A stretch of DNA of 64,000 nt from an uncultured Planctomycetaceae bacterium (GCA_963815195.1 CAWFGE010000013.1:160001-224000), one strand, 5' to 3'. Positions 11,299 through 21,640 are shown, counted from the stretch's first letter. Translations and numbers: made by a program. The notes: a model not told the origin generated them from the letters alone.

Positions 11299-12240
11299 TC
11301 AGAAATCGGCGGCCATTGCCAATGCGCCGTGGACGACGACCTCTTCGCCGAGTTGGGCGGGAACGATTTCGTAACTTCCCGCGAGCGGCGGAAACACGAA
11401 CTGCCGCACGGATTGGCGGAGGGGTTGGAAGAACAAGTCTTCCCCGCTGAGCGAAACGCCGCCGCCGATGACGATCACCTCGGGAGCGAGAAGCGTGATG
11501 ACTTGCGCGATGCCCCAGCCCAACGTTTCGAGCGCCGATTGCCAAACCTCGATCGCCAGCGGGTTGCCCTCGGCGGCGAGTTGGGCGATTTGCCTGGCCG
11601 TGAGGGATTCGATGTCGCCGGCACACAGCGTGAAGAACTCGGACATCTCCTCGGTCCGGCGGGGCGACCTGAGGCGATTGTGGATCGCGCGTTCGATGCC
11701 CCGGCCGCTGGCGAAGGCTTCGACGGTCCCATCGATTTCGTTCGCTTCCAAGCCCACGCGGAGATGGCCGATCTCGGCGATGGCGGGTCGGCCCGTGCCG
11801 TCGGAGCGGCCGTCGATCACGAATCCCCCGCCCACGCCCGTGCCCACGGTCACGTAGAACACCCGGCCGAAATTTTCCCCCGCACCGAAGCGCGCTTCGG
11901 CGAGAGCCGCGGCGTCGCAATCGTTCCCCAGCACGGTTTGGCGGCCGAACGTATTTTGCGACCAATCGACCAAGGGGAACCCGTCCCAGCCCGCGATTTG
12001 ATGGCTCGTCGTCACCCGCCCGGCCGCCGGTTCCACCGGGCCGCCGAAGCCGATTCCGATGCGCGTGATTTCATACCGATGGAGCAGCGACGATCCGATC
12101 GCTTCCATCTGCGACAAAATCCCCTTCGCTCCCAAGAGCGGATCCACCTCGGCCCGTTCCGAGACCCTGAGGGAAGAGCCGTCCCCCGGCCCCACGCCCA
12201 ACTGCAACTTCGTGCCGCCGATTTCAATGCCTAAAAACAT
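11299..12240 (-). CDS. ROK family sugar kinase
   Basis: GIEIGGTK, GIGFGGP, NDCDAAALAE, VGTGVGGG, AEIGH, IGGGV; lacks the CxCGxxGC zinc motif. Confidence 0.9.
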   Translation of the reverse strand: MFLGIEIGGTKLQLGVGPGDGSSLRVSERAEVDPLLGAKGILSQMEAIGSSLLHRYEITRIGIGFGGPVEPAAGRVTTSHQIAGWDGFPLVDWSQNTFGRQTVLGNDCDAAALAEARFGAGENFGRVFYVTVGTGVGGGFVIDGRSDGTGRPAIAEIGHLRVGLEANEIDGTVEAFASGRGIERAIHNRLRSPRRTEEMSEFFTLCAGDIESLTARQIAQLAAEGNPLAIEVWQSALETLGWGIAQVITLLAPEVIVIGGGVSLSGEDLFFQPLRQSVRQFVFPPLAGSYEIVPAQLGEEVVVHGALAMAADF

Positions 12241-12544
12241 CGCTCAACTTTTGAATGCGAATTGCAACGCCGCTGTCGACGGCGGATGAAAAGGAAACAA
12301 CGAAATCATGGGGCACGAAATCATGTTTTGCAATCGTCCGGCGGACCGGCGAGATCTTTCCCTTTCCGGACTTCCAATTCCGCGCGGCCGGCTCTATTAT
12401 CATGTATCGGCTCCTCCGATGGGGCCGGTGAATTGGTGCGATGAACGCCCGGCCCGCTTTCAATGGCGGTTGTCGGGCGATTTTTGTTTCTGGCGAATGG
12501 TTTCCAAAGATTCGACTCCCGCTGTCCCACTCAAGATGCGCCCG

Positions 12545-13735
12545 ATGATTCCCAACGATCTCTATGAACGCTACTGCGAATTGCAGCGCTACGTCGGCTG
12601 GACCGATGAGTGTGCCCGCCGCGTCCAATCTCTGGCGGCGATGATGGAGCCGCATTTCGCGGACCTGGTGGATGATTTCTACGCGGAGATCCAGAAGCAT
12701 CCGCGCGCGCTCCAGGTGATTACCGGCGGAGACGCCCAGATCGAACGCCTGAAAGGAACGCTGGTGAAATGGCTCCGGGAACTCTTCACCGGACCTTATG
12801 ACGCCAACTATATCGCCCGGCGGTGGCGGGTCGGCTATCGGCACGTGGAGATCGGCCTCGACCAGGTGTTTACGAACGTTGCCCTGTCGCGATTGCGGCA
12901 GGGAATTCATCGCGTCCTCGAGCAAAACTGGACCGGCGAGCCGGCGGAGCTGCTTAAAGTTCGCGACGCCGTCAACATGTTGATCGATCTCGACCTGGCC
13001 AAAATCGAGGATGCTTATCAGGCCGAGTATTTGAACCGCCAGCAGCAGGCGGAACGGCTGGCGACGATCGGCCAGGTGGCCGGGGGCATTGCTCACGAGC
13101 TTCGCAATCCGCTCAACGTCATCAAGACGTCGGTGTATTACCTGCTCAACGCCCGCAGCCCCTCGCCGGAGAAACAGGCCGAGCATCTGGGCCGGATTGA
13201 AAAACAGGTCGGGATTGCGGACGGGGTGATCACGGCCCTGTCGAGTTTTGCCAAACTGCCGATCCCGAACCTGCAGACGTTTTCGGTGCCGGCCCTGCTG
13301 CGGGACATGGTTCAGGAGGCTTTGCTTCCGCCGGAGATCGAGGCCGAGATCGACTGCCCGTCTTCCATCGCCAACGCGGTCGGCGACGTGACCCAGTTGC
13401 ACATCGTGCTGCGGAACCTGATCCGCAACGCCCGCGATGCGATGCCCGACGGCGGCTTGTTGACCATCCGCGCCGAAGGAGGCGACGATCATGTATTGAT
13501 TTCGGTCGAGGACACCGGGCACGGGATCGCGCCGGAAGATTTGCACCGCGTCATGCAGCCCTTGTATTCCACGAAGGCGCGGGGCATTGGCTTGGGTTTG
13601 GCGATGGCCCGGGCGATCGTGGAGAAAAACGACGGCTCGCTCACGGTCGCGAGCGTTCCCGGCGACGGGGCGACATTCACCGTTCGCTTGCGTGCGGAAC
13701 CTCCATCCGCCAAAATGGAATTGGAAAAACCCTGA
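12545..13735 (+). CDS. Globin-coupled (protoglobin) sensor histidine kinase
   Basis: Protoglobin domain (DDFYAEI with B10 Tyr, VGYRHVEIGL with F8 His) followed by HELRNPL, NLIRNA, DTGHG and GIGLGL boxes. Confidence 0.9.
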   Translation: MIPNDLYERYCELQRYVGWTDECARRVQSLAAMMEPHFADLVDDFYAEIQKHPRALQVITGGDAQIERLKGTLVKWLRELFTGPYDANYIARRWRVGYRHVEIGLDQVFTNVALSRLRQGIHRVLEQNWTGEPAELLKVRDAVNMLIDLDLAKIEDAYQAEYLNRQQQAERLATIGQVAGGIAHELRNPLNVIKTSVYYLLNARSPSPEKQAEHLGRIEKQVGIADGVITALSSFAKLPIPNLQTFSVPALLRDMVQEALLPPEIEAEIDCPSSIANAVGDVTQLHIVLRNLIRNARDAMPDGGLLTIRAEGGDDHVLISVEDTGHGIAPEDLHRVMQPLYSTKARGIGLGLAMARAIVEKNDGSLTVASVPGDGATFTVRLRAEPPSAKMELEKP

Positions 13736-13838
13736 CATCCAAAAGTTTATGAGTCGCGCGGAAACTGGATCTCATCGAGCTTTTCGCCCGCGGGACAATC
13801 TTCGTCTGCATTTATTGCTGGGATGCGCCCGATCGCTC

Positions 13839-14579
13839 ATGAATGAATCTCCAAAAGTCCTCGTTGTCGACGACGACGCGGACACTTGCCAAAACCTGCA
13901 AGATATTCTCTCCGACATGGGCTATGCCGTGGACACTGCGCAGGATGGGCCGACTGCGTTGAAGATGGTGCAGCAGACGCCTTACGACGTGGCCCTGTTG
14001 GATCTCAAGATGCCGGGCATGGACGGCTTGATGCTATACCGCGAAATCCGCAAGCTCCGCGCGGGGACCGTGGCGATGATTGTCACGGCCTATTCCACGC
14101 CGGAGACGACCAGCGAAGCTCTGAGCGCCGGGGCTTGGAAGGTCATGTCCAAGCCGGTGGACTTTTCGCAGCTTCTGCCGTTGCTCGACCAGGCGACGCA
14201 CCAACCGCTGGTGATGGTGGTGGACGACGATCACGACCTGTGCGAAAACCTCTGGGACCTGCTCCGCGACCAGGGCTACCGCGTCTGCCTCGCCGCGAAC
14301 GAACGCGAGGCCGCGGCCCGCCTCGAAGGGCGAAACGTGCAAGTCGTGCTGATCGACATGAAACTCCCCACCGGCGACGGCCGCGATGTCTTGAAGCGAG
14401 TGCAGGAACTGTCGCCCGCGGCCCGCACGCTGCTCATCACGGGACACCGCGACGAGACGTCTCAAATGGTTGAGGACGCCGTGCGGGACGGGGCGGACGG
14501 CGTGTGCTACAAACCGTTCGACATGCCCCAGCTTCTGGAATTGCTCCAGCGTCTGTCTCAAGCCGATGGCGATGAATAA
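13839..14579 (+). CDS. Response regulator with two tandem receiver domains and no output domain
   Basis: VLVVDDD...LLDLKMP...SKP and VMVVDDD...LIDMKLP...YKP. Confidence 0.9.
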   Translation: MNESPKVLVVDDDADTCQNLQDILSDMGYAVDTAQDGPTALKMVQQTPYDVALLDLKMPGMDGLMLYREIRKLRAGTVAMIVTAYSTPETTSEALSAGAWKVMSKPVDFSQLLPLLDQATHQPLVMVVDDDHDLCENLWDLLRDQGYRVCLAANEREAAARLEGRNVQVVLIDMKLPTGDGRDVLKRVQELSPAARTLLITGHRDETSQMVEDAVRDGADGVCYKPFDMPQLLELLQRLSQADGDE

Positions 14580-15645
14580 TTCCGCGCTCCGAATTTTGGT
14601 AATCGAAGATGACGAGGATACCTGCCTCAACCTGTGCGACATCCTCGAACTCGACGACCACACCGTCGAGACGGTTTCCACCGCGGCCGAGGCTCTCGTC
14701 CCCGGCCGGCTGTCCGTGGCGGAGGTCGTGCTCTTGGACCGCCGGCTGCCCGACGGCACCGCCGAACAGTTGCTTCCGAAATTCAAGACGCTCTCTGCGG
14801 ATGTGGACGTGATCATCATCACCGGCCACGCCGACGTGGACAGCGCGATCGCCGCTTTGCGGCAGGGCGCGACCGATTATCTTTTGAAGCCGATCAATCC
14901 CGAGGTGTTAAGGGCCTGTCTCCGCCGGCTGGCCGAGCGCCGCCGGCTGGCCGAGCGGCTCGTGCAGGCCGAGCGGCTCGCCGCCATCGGCGAAGCGATG
15001 GCGGGCCTCACCCACGAAGCCCGCAACGCGCTCGCCCGCAGCCAGGCCAATTTGCGCCGGCTGTCCCGGCGGCTCAAAGACCAGCCCGAGATGCTCGAGT
15101 TGATCGGCGGCGCGCTCGCCGCCCAGGAGGATGTGCAGCACCTGTTTGAGGATGTCCGCCAATACGCGGCCCCGCTCCGCCTCCGCCGGGAACCGACCGA
15201 CGTCGGGCGACTGGTGGACGAAGCCTGGGAGAAGCTCGCCCTCGAACGCAAAACGCGGGACGCGGAACTCCATCAAAACCGCGCCGGCAAAGACCTCGTC
15301 TGCGAGATCGATCCGTTTGCCATGCGGAACGCGTTTCGAAACCTTTTTGAAAATTCGCTCGCGGCGTGCGCCGATCCGGTGCGGATCGAGACCGCGTTTC
15401 GAGACACCCGGTTCGCCGGGAAACCGGCGATCGAAATTTCCATTCGCGACAACGGCCCCGGATTTCCACCCGAAACGGCGCAAAGCGTCTTTGAAGCCTT
15501 TCATACCACCAAAACGCACGGCACCGGTTTGGGATTGGCGATTGTGAAGCGGACCGTCGAAGAGCACGGCGGCCGCGCCCTCCTCGGTTCCGCCGCCGGC
15601 CCGGGGGCCGAAATCCTTCTCACATTGCCCAGGGGAACCTCATGA
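14572..15645 (+). CDS. Hybrid receiver-histidine kinase
   Basis: N-terminal REC (IEDD, LLDRRLP, LKP), then THEARNAL, NLFENS, DNGPG, GTGLGL; overlaps both neighbours. Confidence 0.9.
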   Translation: MNNSALRILVIEDDEDTCLNLCDILELDDHTVETVSTAAEALVPGRLSVAEVVLLDRRLPDGTAEQLLPKFKTLSADVDVIIITGHADVDSAIAALRQGATDYLLKPINPEVLRACLRRLAERRRLAERLVQAERLAAIGEAMAGLTHEARNALARSQANLRRLSRRLKDQPEMLELIGGALAAQEDVQHLFEDVRQYAAPLRLRREPTDVGRLVDEAWEKLALERKTRDAELHQNRAGKDLVCEIDPFAMRNAFRNLFENSLAACADPVRIETAFRDTRFAGKPAIEISIRDNGPGFPPETAQSVFEAFHTTKTHGTGLGLAIVKRTVEEHGGRALLGSAAGPGAEILLTLPRGTS

Positions 15646-16229
15646 CGGAACCATTGCGTATCGCTATCGCCGACGACGAGCCGGAATTGCTCGCCGACCT
15701 GGAAGAGACGCTGTTGGAGTTCGGGCACGAAGTCGTTGCCAAGGCCCGAACCGGGGCCGATCTCGTGGAGCGCTGCCGGGACTTGGCTCCGGACCTCATC
15801 ATCAGCGACATCAAGATGCCCGACATGGACGGCCTGGATGCCGCGAAGCAGATCCGCGAGAACCGCCCCACGCCGATTGTCATCGTCTCCGCGTATCACG
15901 ATCAGGAATACGTCGATCGGGCCCTCAAAGAACACGTGCTCGCCTATCTGGTCAAACCGATCAACGACCAGAGCTTAAAGACGTCCATTTCCCTGGCCAG
16001 GCAGCGGTTCAAGGAATTTCAGGCCCTTCAAAATCAGGCGGCGGATCTGCATCAGGCGCTCGAAGACCGCAAACTCGTCGAGCGGGCGAAAGGCATCCTC
16101 ATGCAGCGGGCGGGACTCAGCGAACCCGACGCCTTCCGCCGATTGCAACTGCTCTCCAGCCAGAAGAACAAAAAGATGGTCGAAATCGCCCGCACCATCG
16201 TCGAAGCAGACCAGGCGTTTGGTTCGTGA
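15642..16229 (+). CDS. REC-ANTAR response regulator (RNA-binding antiterminator)
   Basis: IADDE, ISDIKMP, YLVKP, then LEDRKLVERAKGILM....LSEPDAFRRLQ..S.....KMVEIA (ANTAR). Confidence 0.95.
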   Translation: MTEPLRIAIADDEPELLADLEETLLEFGHEVVAKARTGADLVERCRDLAPDLIISDIKMPDMDGLDAAKQIRENRPTPIVIVSAYHDQEYVDRALKEHVLAYLVKPINDQSLKTSISLARQRFKEFQALQNQAADLHQALEDRKLVERAKGILMQRAGLSEPDAFRRLQLLSSQKNKKMVEIARTIVEADQAFGS

Positions 16230-16246
16230 TCCGAATGCAAAAAGAA

Positions 16247-16307
16247 AGAGCCGCGCACGAAGTCAGCGGACGTGTGTCTCGCTTCCGCTGACTTCGTGCG
16301 CGGCTCT
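16247..16307. repeat. Perfect 24-bp-stem palindrome (GAGCCGCGCACGAAG family) between convergent genes
   Basis: AGAGCCGCGCACGAAGTCAGCGGA ... TCCGCTGACTTCGTGCGCGGCTCT; second copy at 54656-54725. Confidence 0.85.
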
Positions 16308-16320
16308 CTTTGTGCCTTAG

Positions 16321-17250
16321 TCAATCCTTCTGCGCGTAGATCGCGATGATGTTTTGAAGCAGCTTCACCGCCTGGTCTTTCGGGCGCTGAAAGGCGTTGC
16401 GGCCGATGATCGAGCCGAAGCCCCCGCCGTCGCGGACCGCGCGGACATCGTCCAATAGCCCCTGGTCGTCCTTCTTCGCGCCGCCGGAAAAGATCACAAT
16501 CCGCCGGCCCGCAAACGTGCTGTGAACGACGTGCTTCACGCGCTCCGCCTGTGTGCCGAGCGCCACCTTTTGCGAGTCGTAAAGCTCCGCAACATCCACC
16601 CCGGCCACGTGCTCGCCGGGGAGTTTGACTTTGATGATATGGGCTCCCAACTGGGCGGCGATCTGGGCGGCATAGGAGACCACATCGATGGCGGTCTCGT
16701 CCTTCTTGTCGAGTTGCTCGCCGCGCGGATACGACCAGACCACGACGACCAACCCCGCCCGCTTGGCTTCCTCGGCGATCTTTTGCAATTGATCGTACAT
16801 CCGATTCGCCTCGGCGGAACCGGGATAAATCGTAAACCCCACCGCCGCGCAGCCCAACCGCAAGGCCTCTGCGACGGAACCGGTGACGGCCTGCATCGGG
16901 TTTTTGCTGGAGTGGAGCATTTCGTGATCGTTGAGTTTGAGGATCAACGGAATCTCCCCGGCGAACCGCCGGGCTCCCGCTTCCAAAAACCCCAGCGGCG
17001 CAGCATAGGCGTTTAAGCCGGCTTCGAGGGCCAACTCGAAATGATAGTGCGGGTGATTGGCCGGCGGATTGGGCACAAAGCTGCGGTCCGGGCCGTGCTC
17101 AAATCCCTGATCGACCGGCAGGATCAGCAACCGCCCGGTCTCGGCCAGCGTGCCGGTCCCCAGCAGCCGCCGCAGATTGGCCAGTGTCCCGGGACAATCC
17201 GACTCGTACCAACTCAGGATTTCCTGCACGCGCTTGGATGCAGCCATCAT
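16321..17250 (-). CDS. fbaB: Class I fructose-bisphosphate aldolase (DhnA/FbaB family)
   Basis: ILPVDQGFEHGP, AVGFTIYPGS, WSYPRG, LGAHIIKVK, GSIIGRN. Confidence 0.9.
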   Translation of the reverse strand: MMAASKRVQEILSWYESDCPGTLANLRRLLGTGTLAETGRLLILPVDQGFEHGPDRSFVPNPPANHPHYHFELALEAGLNAYAAPLGFLEAGARRFAGEIPLILKLNDHEMLHSSKNPMQAVTGSVAEALRLGCAAVGFTIYPGSAEANRMYDQLQKIAEEAKRAGLVVVVWSYPRGEQLDKKDETAIDVVSYAAQIAAQLGAHIIKVKLPGEHVAGVDVAELYDSQKVALGTQAERVKHVVHSTFAGRRIVIFSGGAKKDDQGLLDDVRAVRDGGGFGSIIGRNAFQRPKDQAVKLLQNIIAIYAQKD

Positions 17251-17345
17251 CTCGCTCCTTGAATCTCAAACCGAAAATGGTCGAACGCTCTGTTTCCCAT
17301 TATTATCTCAGATCATTTCTGAGAGGCCATGCCATTTTGCGATTC

Positions 17346-19145
17346 TCAATTTTCGTTGGCGGCGGGCAGTGGTTCGCGTCCTTCCACGACGATGTAGCTG
17401 CCGGGCTCGACGTCGGGCCATTCATCGACCTGCCCCGACGGCCACGTGATTTTCAGTTTGGGAAGAATCGTTTTCTCGCCCAAGCCCAGGTGCACGCGGC
17501 GGTCGGAATGGGACTGAAAACTCCCGCCGCCGATCACTTCCCGCAACAGCGGCAGGTCGAGCCCTGCGGTTTCCACGACGGCATGGACCGCGGAGCGATT
17601 CGACCGGGTCCCCCCCACCAGTTTGAGGAGGAGGCTTGGGGGCAATCGAGCGGAGTCGTTTCGCAGGAGCACGGAGGGGCCTTTCTGATGGGAAATCGCC
17701 GCGTCGAGGTCGCCGTCATTGTCCCAATCGCCCACGGCCAATCCGCGGCCGATCCACGACGCTTGAAAATAGTCCCCGGCCCAGGGGGACACATCGACAA
17801 ACCGCCCGCCTTCGTTGCGGTAGAGTTGCGGCCGCATCGCATAAGGCGGATGGCCGGCCTTGTGCCGCAGGTCGTCGATGTGCCCGTTGGCGATCACGAG
17901 ATCGAGCCGGCCGTTGTTGTCCGGGTCGAAGAACTCGGTGCCGAAGCCCAAGGTCAACCGGCTTGAAGGCCCCAATCCGCTGGCGACGGTCTCGTCCAGA
18001 AACGCCTGGCCTTCCAGGTTGTGATACAGCGTGTTCGTCTCCGCATAAAAGTGGGTCAGGAGCAAATCCTGCCAGCCGTCGGCGTCGTAATCGCCGCAGG
18101 CCACGCCCATGCTCGCCTCGGCTTTGCCGTCCCGGTTGACCGAAGCTCCCAAGAAGCCCGCCTGGTTTTCAAACCGGGGCTGTGCCGATTCGCCGCGATT
18201 GACGTAGAGAAAATTCGGCATGCCGTCGTTGGCCACATACACATCGGGCCGGCCGTCGCGGTTGAAGTCGAACACCGCGATGCCCAAACCCTTCCCGTCC
18301 ACCCCCGTGATGCCCAATTCCTCCGTCGCGTTCCGAAACCCGCCTTGGCCGTCGGAAAGAAACACGACATCGTCCGCTGCGGGGAACATCGTGGGCGGAC
18401 ATTGCGAATAACCGTCGGGGCTTTCCGCGTCGGGACACAGCTTGGGCGGATCGTCCGACGCCTGGATGTAATCGACGATGTACAAATCCAGGTTTCCGTC
18501 CTGGTTCAAATCGGCAAAGGCCGCGCTCGATCCCCACCGCGCCACATCGGTGCCGGTTTCTTTGATGACATTTGTAAATGTCCCATCCCCGTTGTTTCGC
18601 CAGAAAGCGTTTCCGCCCTGGCAGTTGATGTAAAGGTCGTCGAACCCGTCGCCATTGTCATCGCCGACCGCCACGCCTTGGCAGTACGCGGTCCACACCA
18701 GACCAGCCGAGGCGGTCACATCCTGAAACTGCCCATTGCCCTCGTTTCGATACAGTCGGCTCGTGAAATTTCCGCGGTCTTTTTTCAGCGGCAATCGGCA
18801 GCCGTTGGCGAAGAACACATCGAGCCGGCCGTCGGCGTCGTAATCGAAGAATGCCACTCCGCCGCCGTTGACCTCGAGAATCCGGTGCTGACCCCGCATG
18901 TCGTCGTAACGCTCGAACGAGATGCCCGCGGCCTCGGTCACATCCGAAAACGACGGAATGAACCCCGCAGGCCGCTGGCGACCTTTCGCTTCCGGTTTCG
19001 ACGATGCGTTGACAGCAGTTCCGGGAGCGGGCGGCATTGGGGAAACCGGGTTCGACTTCTTAGGCGGAACCGATTCCTCGGCGTTCTCGCAACCGACCAA
19101 ACACAGCAGACAGCCGAGGACCACAGCGAACACATTAATTCTCAT
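17346..19145 (-). CDS. CRTAC1 family lipoprotein (FG-GAP repeats plus ASPIC/UnbV)
   Basis: Lipobox LVGC; repeated D.N.DG..D motifs; C-terminal GGGSFQSHSDRRVHLGLG...ITWPSG. Confidence 0.92.
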   Translation of the reverse strand: MRINVFAVVLGCLLCLVGCENAEESVPPKKSNPVSPMPPAPGTAVNASSKPEAKGRQRPAGFIPSFSDVTEAAGISFERYDDMRGQHRILEVNGGGVAFFDYDADGRLDVFFANGCRLPLKKDRGNFTSRLYRNEGNGQFQDVTASAGLVWTAYCQGVAVGDDNGDGFDDLYINCQGGNAFWRNNGDGTFTNVIKETGTDVARWGSSAAFADLNQDGNLDLYIVDYIQASDDPPKLCPDAESPDGYSQCPPTMFPAADDVVFLSDGQGGFRNATEELGITGVDGKGLGIAVFDFNRDGRPDVYVANDGMPNFLYVNRGESAQPRFENQAGFLGASVNRDGKAEASMGVACGDYDADGWQDLLLTHFYAETNTLYHNLEGQAFLDETVASGLGPSSRLTLGFGTEFFDPDNNGRLDLVIANGHIDDLRHKAGHPPYAMRPQLYRNEGGRFVDVSPWAGDYFQASWIGRGLAVGDWDNDGDLDAAISHQKGPSVLLRNDSARLPPSLLLKLVGGTRSNRSAVHAVVETAGLDLPLLREVIGGGSFQSHSDRRVHLGLGEKTILPKLKITWPSGQVDEWPDVEPGSYIVVEGREPLPAANEN

Positions 19146-20430
19146 CGCGGGGATCCTTCGGCGATTGGGGAGTCTTGTCCGCATCGGCGTCGATCCGCTT
19201 GACGAGTTCAGCGATCAATTCGGCTTGCCGATCCAATCCGATTTCGCGGCAGAGTTGGGCGATTTCGGTCAAGGGCTGCCGGGCGGTGGTCTCGTTGACG
19301 ACCCAGCCCAGGCGGTTTTGAATCCGGCCTAAAACGTCCGCGATCCGCAGCATCTCTTTTCGTTCCTCGAGCCGCTTTTGACCGGCGCACGCTCGCGCGA
19401 GCCCAAGATAGGACGCCACGTTCGCCGGGTCCGATTTTAACACCATGCGAAAACAACGTTCGGCTTCCGCAAATTGCCCCCGGCGATTGCGGGCCTGCCC
19501 GCGCATCCGGAGCAGCAGCCACGGCTCCCCCTCATCGGGCGGCGGCAGGCTGTCGACCATGTTCTCGAGCGCCAAGAGTTCGCCCGCTTCGGAATAGAGA
19601 AACAGCCGCGCGGCCCGGACGTGCGGATCCTTTGCGGACGTCGGGTCGATGCCCTTCAGGAGTTCGCGGGCCTGGTCCAATCGGCCTTGCCCCACGCGGT
19701 AGCGGGCCATCGCCGCGGCGATTTTCGCATCGCGGGGATCGGCTTTCCAAAACCCCTCGCACCAATGCACCGCGTCGGGGCCGTTCCAGCGGAGCAGCGT
19801 CGGAAAACAATAGGCCAGAGTATCAAACGCGTCCGCGAGTCCTCGCTCGTGCATCTCGGCCAAGAGATCGCGCCGCTCGCGAAAGCGAAGCTCCACTTCG
19901 AGAATGTACCGGAGCCGCTGCATCGCGTCTTGGTGATGTTTCGCCGACGCTTGCGGCGATTTCTTTTCCAAGGCGAGAAACTCGCGGAATTGCCGCTCCG
20001 CCTGATGCGCTTGATTCAAATGTAAGAGCGCGAAGCCCTGCTGATAGCGGGCCATGTGGCCGTATTGCCGATGTGCGCTGGGAATCTCGGCAAAGCACGC
20101 CGCCGCGGTCGCATAGTCCTCGCGGCCCAGCGCCAACTCCGCCGCATAGGACAGCGCATCGATCCGCGTGGGCACGCGCTGATACCGGGAAAAAAACTCC
20201 ACGCGGGCTGACTGATACGCCTCGGCGGACAGCCCCGCGGGAAGCTCGGCTTCGGCCGGTTCGCTCTCCCGGCGACCTTGAGCAGCCGACGCGCCGGACT
20301 TTTGATAAAAAGCCCAGCCCACGCCGCCGGCGACCAACGCCAACAGCGCGAGCCCCGCGATCCAGATTTTCGCGCCGGATTTCACTGGGCCTCGTCTCGC
20401 TTGACCGTCGATAGGAATTGGATCGGCCAT
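19135..20430 (-). CDS. Membrane-anchored tetratricopeptide-repeat protein
   Basis: N-terminal TM helix and TPR-like helical repeats; overlaps the CRTAC1 start. Confidence 0.75.
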   Translation of the reverse strand: MADPIPIDGQARRGPVKSGAKIWIAGLALLALVAGGVGWAFYQKSGASAAQGRRESEPAEAELPAGLSAEAYQSARVEFFSRYQRVPTRIDALSYAAELALGREDYATAAACFAEIPSAHRQYGHMARYQQGFALLHLNQAHQAERQFREFLALEKKSPQASAKHHQDAMQRLRYILEVELRFRERRDLLAEMHERGLADAFDTLAYCFPTLLRWNGPDAVHWCEGFWKADPRDAKIAAAMARYRVGQGRLDQARELLKGIDPTSAKDPHVRAARLFLYSEAGELLALENMVDSLPPPDEGEPWLLLRMRGQARNRRGQFAEAERCFRMVLKSDPANVASYLGLARACAGQKRLEERKEMLRIADVLGRIQNRLGWVVNETTARQPLTEIAQLCREIGLDRQAELIAELVKRIDADADKTPQSPKDPRDEN

Positions 20431-21533
20431 CGAATCCACTTCGCCTGGGGATGGGTCGTATGAATCGACAGATTCGCCGCGTCTTGCCGAGTGTGCACGG
20501 CGGGTTTCGTTGCCGGCGCGACCTGGATGGTCAGCTCGAAACATCGGCGTTCGGGCGTCGAGCGTTTCGGCAGTTCCTCGATCTCACCCGCCACTCCGGG
20601 CACGTCGCAGTCGATGGATTCCACGTTCCATTGCGACCCGTCGTTTTTGATGAAGAGATAGGCTCTCACCTGTTTCCCCGATTCCGCGGGAAACAACCCC
20701 AGGTCCACCGCGGCGGTCTGTTCGTCCCACCGCCAACCCGAGGAAGCCTGAGGAACCAACCGCACCGGCCCCCACCGCACCGCAAAAAGCTCCACCTTCT
20801 TCCGCTCCGCGTGGGGAGCATTCGTCTGCACCGTCCAACGGCGGCGGATCGGTCCCACGTAATCCTTTTGAACAAACTCGGTGACGATCCGATACCCGAA
20901 TTTCCCGCCGAACGCCGCCATGTCCTCCGGCTTCAATTTCACCGCGGTCGAATGAAACTCCGGGCTCGTTTCAAAGCCTTCGATGTCCCAATCCTTCACG
21001 GTCACGGAATACAGCGACGCCAAGAACGGTTCGGGTTCTCCGTTCGAACCGGTCTTAAACTGCCAGACGGGTTCTTTTTCGTTGAACACCGGGATCGCGG
21101 TGTGAAACTCCAAGACATCTTTCACCACCGTATAAAACCCCAGGCGGATCTTCATCCCTTCGCCTTCGTTGGTTTCCACGTTGACCCCTTTGTGGAGACT
21201 CGCCGTGGGTTCGCCGGGGATGATCGTAACGGTGACCTTTGTGGAACCGCCGGGCGGGACGGTGGGATGTTCAATTTGGCAGAACGCTTCGCAGCGGCGG
21301 AAGTTGTCGGTGGGGGCCCAGTTTCCCAGCACCAAGGGCGCCTGCCCGATATTTTGCACGGTGAACTCGTGGGAGACCTTCTGCCCCACGACAACCTGAC
21401 CCGCATCGTAAGAGGCCTGTTCGATGAAGGCTTTCGGCTTGGGGAGGTTTTTTGGTGGCCCGGATTCCGATTCGCCACAACCGGCCGCCAGACAACACAG
21501 AAGCAGCGGAAGCGAGCGCCGCCAACACATCAT
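20382..21533 (-). CDS. DUF1573-like Ig-domain lipoprotein
   Basis: Lipobox AAGC; YDAGQV...HEFTVQNIGQAPLVL...VPPGGSTKVTV...VETN. Confidence 0.7.
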   Translation of the reverse strand: MMCWRRSLPLLLCCLAAGCGESESGPPKNLPKPKAFIEQASYDAGQVVVGQKVSHEFTVQNIGQAPLVLGNWAPTDNFRRCEAFCQIEHPTVPPGGSTKVTVTIIPGEPTASLHKGVNVETNEGEGMKIRLGFYTVVKDVLEFHTAIPVFNEKEPVWQFKTGSNGEPEPFLASLYSVTVKDWDIEGFETSPEFHSTAVKLKPEDMAAFGGKFGYRIVTEFVQKDYVGPIRRRWTVQTNAPHAERKKVELFAVRWGPVRLVPQASSGWRWDEQTAAVDLGLFPAESGKQVRAYLFIKNDGSQWNVESIDCDVPGVAGEIEELPKRSTPERRCFELTIQVAPATKPAVHTRQDAANLSIHTTHPQAKWIRWPIQFLSTVKRDEAQ

Positions 21534-21640
21534 GTTCCGCCAGAAGGAATCGAAGACAGGGAAACGGGAAAATGCATATTCCCTATTGTTTCGCGTGCGG
21601 CCTCCGCAATCAACCCGGAGGCCGCACGATGCGAATCAAC

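Noticed and set aside
6531..11965. Long antisense ORFs (6531-9194, 9857-11965; likewise 47073-48983, 60744-62375, 62513-63949)
   Set aside because: Shadow frames of well-supported genes in high-GC DNA, with no motifs
17251..17345. ANTAR target hairpins upstream of fbaB
   Set aside because: Only one good hairpin (CTCAG-AAATGAT-CTGAG), the loop G is misplaced and there is no terminator
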